NCBI GenBank assembly: GCA_963706575.1
Contig: CAVPNL010000011.1
Location: forward strand, 23,560-87,559
Direction: 5' to 3'
From: an uncultured delta proteobacterium
GTDB lineage: Bacteria > Desulfobacterota > Desulfobacteria > Desulfobacterales > JAHEIW01
DNA: 64,000 nucleotides
Under the pieces are notes generated by a model that made no database searches, had not been told where the DNA came from, and saw only the letters and a program-made list of their open reading frames with translations. The position numbers and the translations under genes are program-made. Of this stretch, positions 39,450-49,611 are shown piece by piece; within the stretch, counting starts at the first letter, position 1, and each line of letters begins with the position of its first letter.

Positions 39450-39592
39450 TAAAAAAGACGAACCCCACGTTGCTATTATATTGATAATTATTTTAGTTAC
39501 TTATTGACAAATTCCGCAGATACATAATTGGTGGGATTTGTCAGGAGATACTAAATTCTACAAAATTTGGAGTCAATTTGCAAGTTGACGCA

Positions 39593-40930
39593 TCAAATTT
39601 CGTTGTTTTTAATGCTTTTGACATCGATCCCGTGTTTTTTGATACGGTGCCAGAGGCTGCGCTGATTGATCCCTAAAAGTTCGGTGGCTCTGATCTGGAC
39701 ACCGCCAGTTTTTCGCAGAGCTTCGATGATCATGCTTTTTTCGATTTCATCGAGACGTTCATCCAATGGCAGGTTGACCGGCAGCAAAATTTTGTTGGTT
39801 CCGTTGCCGTTATTAAATTGACCGGTGATTTTGGCGGGTAACTGGGCGGGTTCGATATAGCCGGTTTCGGCAATGACGGCAGCACTTTCGATAGTGTTTT
39901 TAAGCTCCCGGATATTTCCGGGCCATGGAAAAGCCATGAGCATCTGCAGGGCCACCGAGGAAATTTCGATTTTCTTGGGAAGGCTCTGTAAAAAATAGTC
40001 AACCAGCAACGGAATGTCTTCCTTGCGTTCCCGCAGCGGTGGCAAATGCAGGGTAAACACATTGAGACGATAAAAAAGATCTTCTCTAAAACGGCCTTCC
40101 TGGACCATTTTTTCAAGATTCTGATTGGTTGAGGCGATAAAACGGACATCCACTTTAATGGTACTGCTGCCGCCGACCCGATAAAACTCCTTTTCCTGGA
40201 TGACGCGCAATATCTTGGATTGCAGATTTAAAGGCATGTCGCCGATTTCATCCAGGAATATGGTCCCCCGATGGGCCATATCAAATTTGCCGGGCTTGAA
40301 TTTGGTTGCACCGGTAAAGGCGCCTTTTTCATGACCGAATAATTCGCTTTCCAGCAGTTCTTCGGGGATCGCCGCACAATTGAGCTTAATAAACGGTTTA
40401 TTTCTTTGGTCACTGTTTTCAAAGATGCTGACGGCAATCAGTTCTTTGCCGGTACCGCTTTCTCCAAGAATGAGAACCGTGGAGTCGGTGGGAGCAACTT
40501 TTTTGATCAGGCCCAGTAGGCCCCGCATGGCAAGGCTTTCACCGATGATGTCCGGGAAGAAATGACGCGCATCAATACGGCTGAGAACCGACGTGACCCG
40601 GTCAAAAACGCTGGTAAAATGTTCAATTTTATCAATCGACCAGTCTCTGCCGGTGTCGGCCTTATCACCTGAAATTGAGGCCAGCTTGCGGGCTTTTTCA
40701 ACAAAAAGCTCCACGGGTTTCAAAATAAAACGGACCAGCATGAATCCGGTGGCAAATGCGATAACGCTGATCACCAAAATAAACCAGAAGACAGTCTGGG
40801 CAGGATCGGATCCCTGGCTCAAACCGTATTTGGTCAGCCGGAAGGAAAGGATGGCTGCCAGGATGGTCAATCCGGTAATAATAAAGGGGATAATTATATA
40901 GAGGCTTATGTAAAACCGGGAATGTCGCAT
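39593..40930 (-). CDS. Membrane-anchored sigma54-dependent transcriptional activator
   Basis: Two N-terminal hydrophobic helices, [38 protein letters not shown], Fis-type HTH. Start placed at MRHSRF because the longer ORF begins in a repeat. Confidence 0.9.
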   Translation of the reverse strand: MRHSRFYISLYIIIPFIITGLTILAAILSFRLTKYGLSQGSDPAQTVFWFILVISVIAFATGFMLVRFILKPVELFVEKARKLASISGDKADTGRDWSIDKIEHFTSVFDRVTSVLSRIDARHFFPDIIGESLAMRGLLGLIKKVAPTDSTVLILGESGTGKELIAVSIFENSDQRNKPFIKLNCAAIPEELLESELFGHEKGAFTGATKFKPGKFDMAHRGTIFLDEIGDMPLNLQSKILRVIQEKEFYRVGGSSTIKVDVRFIASTNQNLEKMVQEGRFREDLFYRLNVFTLHLPPLRERKEDIPLLVDYFLQSLPKKIEISSVALQMLMAFPWPGNIRELKNTIESAAVIAETGYIEPAQLPAKITGQFNNGNGTNKILLPVNLPLDERLDEIEKSMIIEALRKTGGVQIRATELLGINQRSLWHRIKKHGIDVKSIKNNEI

Positions 40931-40937
40931 GTTTAAA

Positions 40938-41042
40938 TTGTGTTTAGTATTTAGTGTTTGGTGTTTTGTGTGACTTTCGAACCTATTGGACCATAATTCG
41001 AATTCGTTCAGCCAAACACAAAATACCAAACACCAAACACTA
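40938..41042. repeat. Family C inverted heptamer element
   Basis: GTGTTTAGTATTTAGTGTTTGGTGTTTT ... CCAAACACAAAATACCAAACACCAAACAC; fills the whole gap between pilC and the activator. Confidence 0.8.
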
Positions 41043-41045
41043 CGA

Positions 41046-42266
41046 TTATTTCGCCATCAACGTAAGGTCCCACATCGGCAAAAATATGGCCAGGGCGAAA
41101 AAGCCGACCACAGCTGCCAGCCCGACTGTCAGCAGCGGGCCGATCGCCTCCGACAGCTTTTTCATCGAGTATTCCACTTCAGTATCATAGTGGGCGGCCA
41201 CATCCTGCATCATTTCTTCCAGATTGCCCGATTCTTCCCCGATGGCCACCATATTAATGAGCATCGGCGTGAAATAGCTGGCCTCGCTCAGCGGCTGCGC
41301 GATGCCGCGTCCTTCTGCAAGGCGATCCTTAATTCCCTCGAGTTCGCGACCAATGGCGGCGTTGCCGATGGTTCCGGATAATATATCCATGGAATCCAGC
41401 ACATCCACGCCGCTGGATTGCAGAATTGAAAAAATACTGGCAAAGCGGGATACCGCACTTTTGACAAACAGGGGCCCGAGGAGCGGGAGCCGCATCAAAA
41501 AAGAGTCGCGGACATACTTGCCCTGTTCGGTTTTTAAATAATAATAAAGAAACAAGACGGCGACCACGATGGCGCCAATGATCAGATACCAGTAACTGGA
41601 CAAAAATTCATAGATAAGAATGCAGATTTGAGTCGGCAGTGGCAGGGTCAATCCGGCGCTTTTAAAAATGTTAACAAACTTGGGTATCACCTGGGTAATC
41701 AGGATGAGAAACGCCGAGAACAAAAATACCACCACGATGAGGGGATATGTCATCGCCGATTTGATATCGGATTTAACTCGGTGTTCATGTTCGATAATGT
41801 ATGTCAGACGGTCAAGCACGTCAGGCAGGGCGCCACTGCTTTCCCCCGCCCTGATCATGCTGCAGTATAATGGTGAAAAAACCTTGGGGTGTTTGCTGAA
41901 TGCTTCGTACAGACTGGCACCTTCTTTTATATCCTGGTGCATTTTGCCAAGGATGCGCTGTAGTTTGAGGTTTTCTGTCTGTTCTTCCAGGATTTCCAGC
42001 ATATTGATCATGGCAACCCCGGCGTTGAACATCGTTCTGAACTGCTTGGTGAAAAGAATCAGTTCGGGTGCCTTTATAGGTGTCAGTAGTTCCCGGATTC
42101 TGGACATCTGGAAACCGCTTAGCGCTGGCTGTTCTGCCCTTACCCGGGTCGGAATATACCCTCGGGATGCCAGTATGCTGTTGGCGCTTTCCAGGGATTC
42201 GGCTTCAAGCTCACCGGAGACCTTGGAACCGGTTTCGTTAATGGCCTGATATGTATACTTTGGCAT
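41046..42266 (-). CDS. pilC: Type IV pilus platform protein (PilC/GspF family)
   Basis: [47 protein letters not shown]. Confidence 0.92.
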   Translation of the reverse strand: MPKYTYQAINETGSKVSGELEAESLESANSILASRGYIPTRVRAEQPALSGFQMSRIRELLTPIKAPELILFTKQFRTMFNAGVAMINMLEILEEQTENLKLQRILGKMHQDIKEGASLYEAFSKHPKVFSPLYCSMIRAGESSGALPDVLDRLTYIIEHEHRVKSDIKSAMTYPLIVVVFLFSAFLILITQVIPKFVNIFKSAGLTLPLPTQICILIYEFLSSYWYLIIGAIVVAVLFLYYYLKTEQGKYVRDSFLMRLPLLGPLFVKSAVSRFASIFSILQSSGVDVLDSMDILSGTIGNAAIGRELEGIKDRLAEGRGIAQPLSEASYFTPMLINMVAIGEESGNLEEMMQDVAAHYDTEVEYSMKKLSEAIGPLLTVGLAAVVGFFALAIFLPMWDLTLMAK

Positions 42267-42275
42267 ATTCTCCTC

Positions 42276-42497
42276 GTTCAAGGTTCAAAGGTTCAGGGTT
42301 CAAAGGTTCAAGGTTCAGGGGTTCAAAGGTTCAAAGTTTTGTTAGATTAGTTTCATTTGTTTTATTGGTTGAATTGGTTGGCTTAAACCGAACCAATTGA
42401 ACGAATTAAACCAATCAAACCAATTAAACTCCAAATGATTTACTTTAAATCGAATATACCAACGTTAACCTTTGAACCTCTGAACGCTGAACCCAAG
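42276..42497. repeat. Family A element inside the pil operon
   Basis: Many GGTTCA units, inverted nonamer arms nearly identical to 990-1083, and closing TGAACC units. Confidence 0.85.
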
Positions 42498-42500
42498 AGC

Positions 42501-44204
42501 CTACAGCAAGACCGCCGAGGCCGCCTCCTCCAGGGTGGTGATGCCCTTTATGGCTTTTTCGGCTGCATTTTCTTTCAAGGAAGTAAAATTTCCGGACTTT
42601 AATGCCGTCTGATGGATCGTATGCGAGGATTGCCGCTTTAAGATCAGGTCCTTGATCTGATCATCAATAGTCATTACCTCATACACACCGGTACGGCCCT
42701 TATAGCCTGTGTGCATGCAGTTAAAGCAACCTTTACCCTGTACAAAATTGGCATTCGCCGTGTTGTTGATTCCCCAGGCATTTAAGGCTTCCTTTGAGGG
42801 ATTATAGTTGGTCATGCAATTGGGGCACACCTTTCGAATCAGCCGCTGTGCAAATGAGACCGTCATCGTCGATGACACCAGAAAGGGTTCGATGCCCATG
42901 TCAATGAAGCGGGTGATGGCGCCCGACGCATCATTGGTATGCAGGGTGCTGAAAACCATGTGTCCGGTCAGTGCGGCCTGTACGGCCAGGGTGGCGGTTT
43001 CAAAATCACGTATTTCGCCGACCATAATCACATCCGGATCCTGGCGCAGAATAGATCGCAGGCCGCTGGCAAAAGTCATACCTGCTTTACGGTTTAATTG
43101 AACCTGCCGAATTTTTTCGATGCGGTATTCAACGGGGTCTTCGACCGTGATGATATGAATGTCCGGCTGATTGATTTTCTTTAAAATAGAATACAAGCTG
43201 GTACTTTTTCCGCTTCCGGTGGGACCGGTGCTGAGGATCATACCGTGCGGCTTGAGGATCATTTTTTCCAGATTATTGCGGTCGCCTTCCGTCATGCCCA
43301 GACGTTCCAGTGAATAAATGCTGTTGCTGGTATCCAGCAAGCGCAGCACCATGTTTTCTCCGTGGATGGAAGGAATGGTTGATGCCCGGATATTGATATC
43401 TTTGTTTTTCATTTTAACGGTAAAGCGCCCATCCTGGGGAATTCTGGAAACTGCAATGTCCATGTTGGCCAGAATTTTCAAACGGGAGACAATGGGAAGA
43501 AACATCCCCTTGGGGGGCGCGGGCACTTCGTGAAGTTTGCCGTCCACGCGGAAGCGAACCTGAACGTAATTTTTCTCGGGACTGATATGGATGTCGCTGG
43601 CGCCTTCCCGAACGCCCTGGGAAAGAATCGAGTTGACCAGGCGGACCACCGGCGCTTCTTCCGCCATACCCTGCAGTGAGCTGACTTCAACATCTTCAAG
43701 AGTGGTGGACTTATCGGTACTCTTGTCGATTTCCATTTCTTCCATGTCTTCGAGAACACCGCCGATACCGGCGAAGGTTCCGTAAACCGTTGTCAGCAGC
43801 TGGTTGAGGTGCTGTTCGGTGCAGATGACCGCTTCGACCTCATAATTGGTGTGCACTTCAATCGTATCAAGTGAATTGATATCCAGCGGATCGGTCATGG
43901 CCACCGTTAGCAGCATCCCGCTCTTTTTCAGGGGTGCTGCCTGACACTTATGGGCAATTTCAGCCGAGAGCAGCTGGGCCAGCTCCACATCCACCGTAAA
44001 TCGGTCCGGCCGGTATTTTTCCAATTTAAGCTGACTGGATACCAGGTCTACAATCTGGGACTCGCTGACGATACCCTCTCTCACCAGAAACTGACCCAAT
44101 TTCAGATTGCTCTTTTTCTGATAGGGTAGGGCCTTCTCGAGCTGCTCCTGTGTCAGCAACCCGCCTTCGACAAGAATTTCACCTAATTTTTTTCGCGCTT
44201 TCAC
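42501..44204 (-). CDS. pilB: Pilus assembly ATPase PilB/GspE/MshE with MshEN domain
   Basis: KLGEILV..G tandem motif, ASDIH, PQDGR, TGPTGSGKST, LRQDPDVIMVGEIRD, tetracysteine CPNC...CFNC. Confidence 0.93.
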   Translation of the reverse strand: MKARKKLGEILVEGGLLTQEQLEKALPYQKKSNLKLGQFLVREGIVSESQIVDLVSSQLKLEKYRPDRFTVDVELAQLLSAEIAHKCQAAPLKKSGMLLTVAMTDPLDINSLDTIEVHTNYEVEAVICTEQHLNQLLTTVYGTFAGIGGVLEDMEEMEIDKSTDKSTTLEDVEVSSLQGMAEEAPVVRLVNSILSQGVREGASDIHISPEKNYVQVRFRVDGKLHEVPAPPKGMFLPIVSRLKILANMDIAVSRIPQDGRFTVKMKNKDINIRASTIPSIHGENMVLRLLDTSNSIYSLERLGMTEGDRNNLEKMILKPHGMILSTGPTGSGKSTSLYSILKKINQPDIHIITVEDPVEYRIEKIRQVQLNRKAGMTFASGLRSILRQDPDVIMVGEIRDFETATLAVQAALTGHMVFSTLHTNDASGAITRFIDMGIEPFLVSSTMTVSFAQRLIRKVCPNCMTNYNPSKEALNAWGINNTANANFVQGKGCFNCMHTGYKGRTGVYEVMTIDDQIKDLILKRQSSHTIHQTALKSGNFTSLKENAAEKAIKGITTLEEAASAVLL

Positions 44205-44236
44205 TTTTTTTTTCCTTGTTTAATACATTTTATCTT

Positions 44237-44470
44237 AAAGCTGCCTCAAAACAGTAGCTCACGCTTAAGAACAAGAAACCAACAAGTGCCTAAAATGCCT
44301 AAAATGACTAAATTGCCTAAAGTTATGGTGTCGCTATGCTCCATCTTTTTTAATAAAATGGAAAGAATTCCTCAATTTTAGGCATTTTAGCTCATTTTAG
44401 TTCATTTTAGACATTTTCATAACTTTAGTCACTTTAGATCACTTCCAACTTTAGCGCACTTTTTGATAAC
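44237..44470. repeat. Family B element inside the pil operon
   Basis: AAATGCCTAA units, GGTGTCGCTATGCTCCATCTTT core, TTTTAGGCAT units. Confidence 0.85.
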
Positions 44471-44472
44471 GC

Positions 44473-46332
44473 CTAATACACCGACGGCGCTGCACTTTCC
44501 TCAGTACCGCTTTTTAACATAGAGCTGAGCTCAGCTCTCCTGCCGCTGAACGGATTTGCAAAAAAGACAGTGTCAGTTTCCCAGCGGGATAAAACCCGGC
44601 CCTGCGATGTCAGCTCTACCGGCAGGCGCCTTAACTGTTGCCGGGCCGAATCTTCGTCGGAAAAATGCGCTTTGAGAATAATCGCAAAGCGGTTACCTGC
44701 CTGGTTGTTCCAGTATGGAATCATGCGCACCGCCGGCTCATTTTCAGGATAATTTCGCAAATAGTCGAAAGCGGCCTGGAGATTATCTTTTTCAGCAACT
44801 AAAATCCACCAGGCCTTTTGATTTGTCGGCCCTACCGATACCGGGATGGCCGGCAAATAAATGGTCTGGCCCACATCCACTCGATCGGGGTCATCAATGA
44901 CCGGGTTGGCCAGAATCAGAGAACGGAAATACCTTGAATTGTAGTTGCCGTAGACCTGCTGGATAACCCGCGACAGCGTGTCATTGCGTTTCAAGGTAAT
45001 GTTTCCCAGCATCGGGGCGTAGGGTGCGTTGCGCCCCACCGTCTGGATCTCTTTTTGAGGTTTCGGATCCGGGCGATCGGGTTCTGCTTTGTGTTCACCC
45101 GCGTGGGAGGATTCAACCGGACCGATGTCGCCTGATTCCGCCGGGTCTGATCCCGGGCTCAATAATGCGATCTGCTCGGTTTTTGCGGTTGAATCTTGCT
45201 CTGAAACGGTTGCCCGGGAATCTGCAGCGGTTGTGCCGGTTTCAGCAGCTAAAGTCTCTTCGGATGTTTTGGCGCCCTCCGGCACCTCCGTATTATCCTG
45301 TTGATCCACGACTTCAGAAGCGGTATCCGGATCAACGGCAGCCGTTGTCTGCTCATTTTGCTGCAATTCACTCTGGTCGGCATTCACATTATCCGGCCAC
45401 AGGGCCCTGAGTTTGTCCGCTAACTGGAAGTGAAACGACAGCAGTATAAGCGCCGCAAAAACAGCTGCGGCTGCAGTGGCAACCGCGCCTTTCCACCGGC
45501 GGGGTTCTCTTGGAAAAGCACGTTTGATACACGAGCGCACCAGTGCAGAGCTGACTCTGGTGCGGTTCTGAACGATCATGGTCAGGATGCAATGATGGCA
45601 CAGATTGATGATCTTGCGAGGATACCCATCGGTAATCCGATAGATTTTCAGCAAGGCCGGGTAACTGAAAATATCTATTTTTTTATTGGCTTCTTTTGAT
45701 TTTTCCAGACGAAATTTGATCATCATCCGCGTATCGCGGAAACTTAACGGCTTTAAATAATGGTAAAGATTGATGCGATCTGCGAAATTGGCATATTTTT
45801 TTACCGTATTTTCGAATTCTTTTTGGGCAAAGATGATAATTTGCAATAATTTAAATTCGTTGGTTTCATAATTTAAAAATTCGCGCAAAATTTCCAGGCA
45901 GAAGACCGGAATTTTTTGGCCCTCATCAATAATCAGTACGGTGGTTTTATCCTGCTTAACGCCGCTTTTGAATAAAAATTGCTTGATCTGTTCTTTGATT
46001 TGCCACTCGTTACTGGCCAGTTTGGCCGTTGGGCCCATGAGCATCTTGCCGACCGCAGTCAGCAATTCCCGGGCGTCCACAAAGAGCGGATCTAAAATCA
46101 GATGCGTGGTAATTTCATCGCGTTTGGTAAAACGGCGGATCAGCTGCCGGCACAGGGTGGTTTTGCCGGTGCCCACATCACCGATAATGACATTCAGGCC
46201 CCGCCGCAATAGAATCGACAGCTCCAGCTTTTGCAAACACTCCTGGTGCTCCCGGGAATGAAAGAAAAAATCGGGATCCGGTGAGTTTGAAAACGGTTCC
46301 TGCTTCAGGTTTAAAATACTGAAATAATCCAT
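44473..46332 (-). CDS. ExeA/MshM-like AAA ATPase with TM helix and periplasmic LysM-like region
   Basis: PFSNSPDP.FFF, GDVGTGKT, IIDEGQ, G.PR.IN.LC, TM segment, DTLS.....YG...ANP.I.DPD.V.VGQ.I.LP. Confidence 0.88.
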   Translation of the reverse strand: MDYFSILNLKQEPFSNSPDPDFFFHSREHQECLQKLELSILLRRGLNVIIGDVGTGKTTLCRQLIRRFTKRDEITTHLILDPLFVDARELLTAVGKMLMGPTAKLASNEWQIKEQIKQFLFKSGVKQDKTTVLIIDEGQKIPVFCLEILREFLNYETNEFKLLQIIIFAQKEFENTVKKYANFADRINLYHYLKPLSFRDTRMMIKFRLEKSKEANKKIDIFSYPALLKIYRITDGYPRKIINLCHHCILTMIVQNRTRVSSALVRSCIKRAFPREPRRWKGAVATAAAAVFAALILLSFHFQLADKLRALWPDNVNADQSELQQNEQTTAAVDPDTASEVVDQQDNTEVPEGAKTSEETLAAETGTTAADSRATVSEQDSTAKTEQIALLSPGSDPAESGDIGPVESSHAGEHKAEPDRPDPKPQKEIQTVGRNAPYAPMLGNITLKRNDTLSRVIQQVYGNYNSRYFRSLILANPVIDDPDRVDVGQTIYLPAIPVSVGPTNQKAWWILVAEKDNLQAAFDYLRNYPENEPAVRMIPYWNNQAGNRFAIILKAHFSDEDSARQQLRRLPVELTSQGRVLSRWETDTVFFANPFSGRRAELSSMLKSGTEESAAPSVY

Positions 46333-46347
46333 GGCAAATTAATGAAA

Positions 46348-46672
46348 GAACCTATCTCAAAAAAGCATTTAACACTCGAGGTACAGTTTTAAACCTATAA
46401 AAAGTGCTTACAACAAATGAGCTAAAATTAAAAATGATCTAAAATGCCTAAAATTATGGTTTCGCTCGCGCAGCGCAGGCGCTTGCGCCGCGTGGCGCTC
46501 CATCTTTTATAATAAATATGATCGTTCGACCCAGAGGCTCTCGACGGGTAGAATTCCTCAATTTTAGGCATTTTAGCTCATTTTAGTCATTTTAGGCACT
46601 TCTAATTTTAGAGCACCTTGGGAGCTTTTTTTCTGCCGTTGAATATGAACTACTAATTTTGCGATAGGTTCT
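46348..46672. mobile_element. MITE-like family B element with terminal inverted repeats and nested REP-like inserts
   Basis: AGAACCTATCTCAAAA ... TTTTGCGATAGGTTCT (15 of 16); decamer arrays inside; left ~110 bp matches 53837-53950. Confidence 0.75.
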
Positions 46673-46811
46673 TGTCATAACTGAGAATGTACCCAAAATG
46701 CCCAATATGCCGGCCGCGATTCTGAGTGCCTAAAACGGGTGTCGGAAAGTAAGGGGTGCCGGGAAAATTTGATTTCAACCAACGACGAAACGCATCATTT
46801 TGAAGGATGGA

Positions 46812-48341
46812 TCAACTGCCCGGTTCAGCCGGCTCAAGAATATGCGGTGTAATAAAGATCAGCAGATCCTCCAGTCGATCGTCGCTGCCTTTTCTTTTAA
46901 ATAAATAACCCAGCCCGGGGATATCCTCGAGATACGGAACGCCGGTGTCGGAACGGCTGCTGGTTTCTTTGTTCAGGCCACCGATGACAATCGTCTGGCC
47001 ATTCAGTTGAATGACGTTGGTTTCGGCGTTTTTGGTAATAATTGTGGGATTGCCGAGCACGGTTCTGGAAAAGTCGGCTTCATCTTTATGCACATTAACA
47101 TACATTTTTAGGGTTTTATCGTCGATCACATGCGGCGTGACTGTCAACTTCAGCACCGCCTTTTTAAATTCGACGTTGACCTCTCCGTCTTCCACGGTCT
47201 GGAAGGGTATTTCCTCACCGCTTTCAATATTGGCGGTCTGATTGTCCAGGGTAGTAATCGAGGGACTGGACAGAATATTGAGCTTGCCCTTGTCCTGCAG
47301 TGCGGATAGCTGGACAGACAAAAGGGCGTCGCCAATGTTCTGGTAAATGAGTCCCAGCGAAAAGGGGTCAAAGCCGCTCAACGCCTGAGCCGGCAAATTG
47401 ACCGCATTTCCTGAGCTTGGATTGACTGCTGTGCCGATATCTCCGCCAAGGGCGTTGTTGTCTGCCCCGGTGCCAAAGCCGGTACCGGTCCCCAGGGCAC
47501 CGGTACTCACCAGTCCGCCCCACTGGACGCCCAGTTCCCGGGCCACGTCTTTGTTGGCTTCAACGATAAAGGCTTCAATCAGCACTTGCGGCGTCGGTTT
47601 GTCCAGCTGGTCAATGACGGCGATGATGTTTTTGAGGTCGTTGCGAATTGCCTGTATAATCAATGAGTTGGTATGCTCGTCAACCAGAATGGAACCAATG
47701 GGCTTGTCGTCCTTGTCAAGGGTCAGAAATTTTTCCAGGTTATTTTTTAACTTGTCGGCGGCGGCATATTTAACGGGCACAATACGGGTTAATGGCTGTT
47801 CGCTGAGTTTCATTTCTCGCTGGCGCGTCTGGCGTTTGAGATCCTCATCCATGTCATCGGCGGTCATGATGCGGATGATTTCACCCTCCCAGGCGTAACT
47901 GAGGCCCTGGGTACGCAGGATTCCGAGAAATACTTGATCCCAGGGGGCCTGAGTAATATTGATGTTGATCTTTCCGGAGACCTTTTCGCTGACAATGATG
48001 TTTTGATCCGAAGCCCGGGCCAGCGCCCTCAGCACCACCGAAACGCTGATGTCCGTCATTTTAAGGCTGATCTTGCGTGTCGGCAGCGGTTTTTCTGCAA
48101 TTTCATCAAGTTTAACGTCTTGAGGAGTCGCCTTGGGCTTGATAATTTGCGGTTGTTCCGTTCTGGGTTTCGGTTTTGCCGGTGAATACCCCTTGGAGGT
48201 TTCCGCTTTTGTTTTCCATTCGTCAAAAAACGGATCCTGTTTCTCCACTTTGGGGCTGGCACAGCCACCGATCAGTAAAACAGAAATTAAAACCGCCACA
48301 ATGCTTCGCACTATCCTGTTGGTTTGTTCAAGATTATCCAT
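46812..48341 (-). CDS. pilQ: Type IV pilus secretin (lipoprotein)
   Basis: Lipobox LIGGC, PWDQ, VDEHTNSLII, QVLIEA.IVEA, LSSP.I.TLDN.TA.I..G.EIP, IP.LG.LFK. Confidence 0.92.
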   Translation of the reverse strand: MDNLEQTNRIVRSIVAVLISVLLIGGCASPKVEKQDPFFDEWKTKAETSKGYSPAKPKPRTEQPQIIKPKATPQDVKLDEIAEKPLPTRKISLKMTDISVSVVLRALARASDQNIIVSEKVSGKININITQAPWDQVFLGILRTQGLSYAWEGEIIRIMTADDMDEDLKRQTRQREMKLSEQPLTRIVPVKYAAADKLKNNLEKFLTLDKDDKPIGSILVDEHTNSLIIQAIRNDLKNIIAVIDQLDKPTPQVLIEAFIVEANKDVARELGVQWGGLVSTGALGTGTGFGTGADNNALGGDIGTAVNPSSGNAVNLPAQALSGFDPFSLGLIYQNIGDALLSVQLSALQDKGKLNILSSPSITTLDNQTANIESGEEIPFQTVEDGEVNVEFKKAVLKLTVTPHVIDDKTLKMYVNVHKDEADFSRTVLGNPTIITKNAETNVIQLNGQTIVIGGLNKETSSRSDTGVPYLEDIPGLGYLFKRKGSDDRLEDLLIFITPHILEPAEPGS

Positions 48342-48359
48342 AAATTGTCACCCTGATTG

Positions 48360-48887
48360 TTATTCTTCCAGCTGAAAGATAAACTTCTTTTTGCTCCTGT
48401 CTGTTGATACAATGACAACCTGCCTCGGAGTGATGCTGCGTACCTTAAATCCTCCCTGCTGAAGTTCATCTCCGGCGGCATATTCAAAGCCGTCAATAAT
48501 AGCGAATTTCTTATCGCCCATCTGCATGAAGCCGGTGTAGGAAACATTCAATTGCGGGCCCGTTGTCTGTATGACCTGCTGCTTTTGCTGATTGATTTCA
48601 TCTTCGGGCCTGTCGGTTAATTCGACCGTTGTCAGCGGGTCCTGCTTCCAGGCGGATTCAGCGCGGGAAATGATATATTTATCTTCTTTGGACAGCCCGG
48701 CCCTGGAAGCTTCCGCAACCTTGGCGATAAATGCGTTCAAATTTTCCAGCTGCTTTGTAGCGCTTACGGCGGCGGTGGACGTTATGCTGCTCTTACCCTT
48801 GCCCTTGCCCTCGAAAAACAGGGCGTAAATACCATAGACTACCGTAAGCAGCATGAGACCGACAATTATTTTCTCTCGGTTTGACAT
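48360..48887 (-). CDS. PilP/GspB-like pilus alignment protein
   Basis: SNREK plus TM helix, DP motif, C-terminal beta domain (AIIDG.EY..GD); lies between pilO and pilQ. Confidence 0.65.
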   Translation of the reverse strand: MSNREKIIVGLMLLTVVYGIYALFFEGKGKGKSSITSTAAVSATKQLENLNAFIAKVAEASRAGLSKEDKYIISRAESAWKQDPLTTVELTDRPEDEINQQKQQVIQTTGPQLNVSYTGFMQMGDKKFAIIDGFEYAAGDELQQGGFKVRSITPRQVVIVSTDRSKKKFIFQLEE

Positions 48888-49049
48888 AAATCAAGTAAAG
48901 TGTTTGGTGTTTAGTATTTTGTGTTTCGGGTTAATCGTTCTGCCCGCCATCAGCCGAATTATTTGCTCAGTCCCCAGTCCTCAGCACTCAGTCCTTCTTT
49001 TTTGTAGTTTAAAATTCAACAATCCGCAATCCGCATTCTGAAATCGAAA

Positions 49050-49586
49050 TTACTCCTGCCCCAGCCAGAGCTTTATCTGGAGTTCTCTGGCCGTTTTCAC
49101 GGGGCGTATGTTGATTTCTTCGATGTGTTCCAAAGGTGCAATCGATCCCAGATCCACTAAAAAATCGCGAAATTTATAAAAATTTCCGCTCAGCCGGAGT
49201 CTCATCATCAGATATCCGGAGTCTTCCATCATTGAGCTGACATCGGTTTTGATCTCTTCGAGTTTTAAGTTATGACGCATTGCTAAATCCTGAAATACTT
49301 GTGAAATGCTATTCATATCGCCGTGGGTCAATTTGGTTTTTTCAGGTGACGGCAACGCTGAAGGCGACTCCGTTTTTGCCCGTTTCAGCAGGCTGTGAAA
49401 CACCGGTGTCAGGATTCGCTGTTCTTCAATGCGGACGTTTAATTTATCGATTTCCAGGTCCAATTCGGCCGAGTTTTTTTGAGATGGAAGAATGATCAGG
49501 AGCAAAAAGGCCAGAACTCCCACCACACATATCACCAATACCAATAAGCTTTGACCCAGCGGATTTTTGGACATCTTGTCTGCCAT
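49050..49586 (-). CDS. pilO: PilO-like protein
   Basis: TM helix, coiled coil, ferredoxin-like tail (L.G.F..F.DFL..L); operon position. Confidence 0.7.
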   Translation of the reverse strand: MADKMSKNPLGQSLLVLVICVVGVLAFLLLIILPSQKNSAELDLEIDKLNVRIEEQRILTPVFHSLLKRAKTESPSALPSPEKTKLTHGDMNSISQVFQDLAMRHNLKLEEIKTDVSSMMEDSGYLMMRLRLSGNFYKFRDFLVDLGSIAPLEHIEEINIRPVKTARELQIKLWLGQE

Positions 49587-49611
49587 GCTGTTTTTTCGTT
49601 CCCTTATCCGT

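Noticed and set aside
40931..41029. N-terminal extension of the sigma54 activator (ORF start 41029)
   Set aside because: It is the translation of a heptamer repeat ([11 protein letters not shown]); the ATG at 40930 is the more plausible start.
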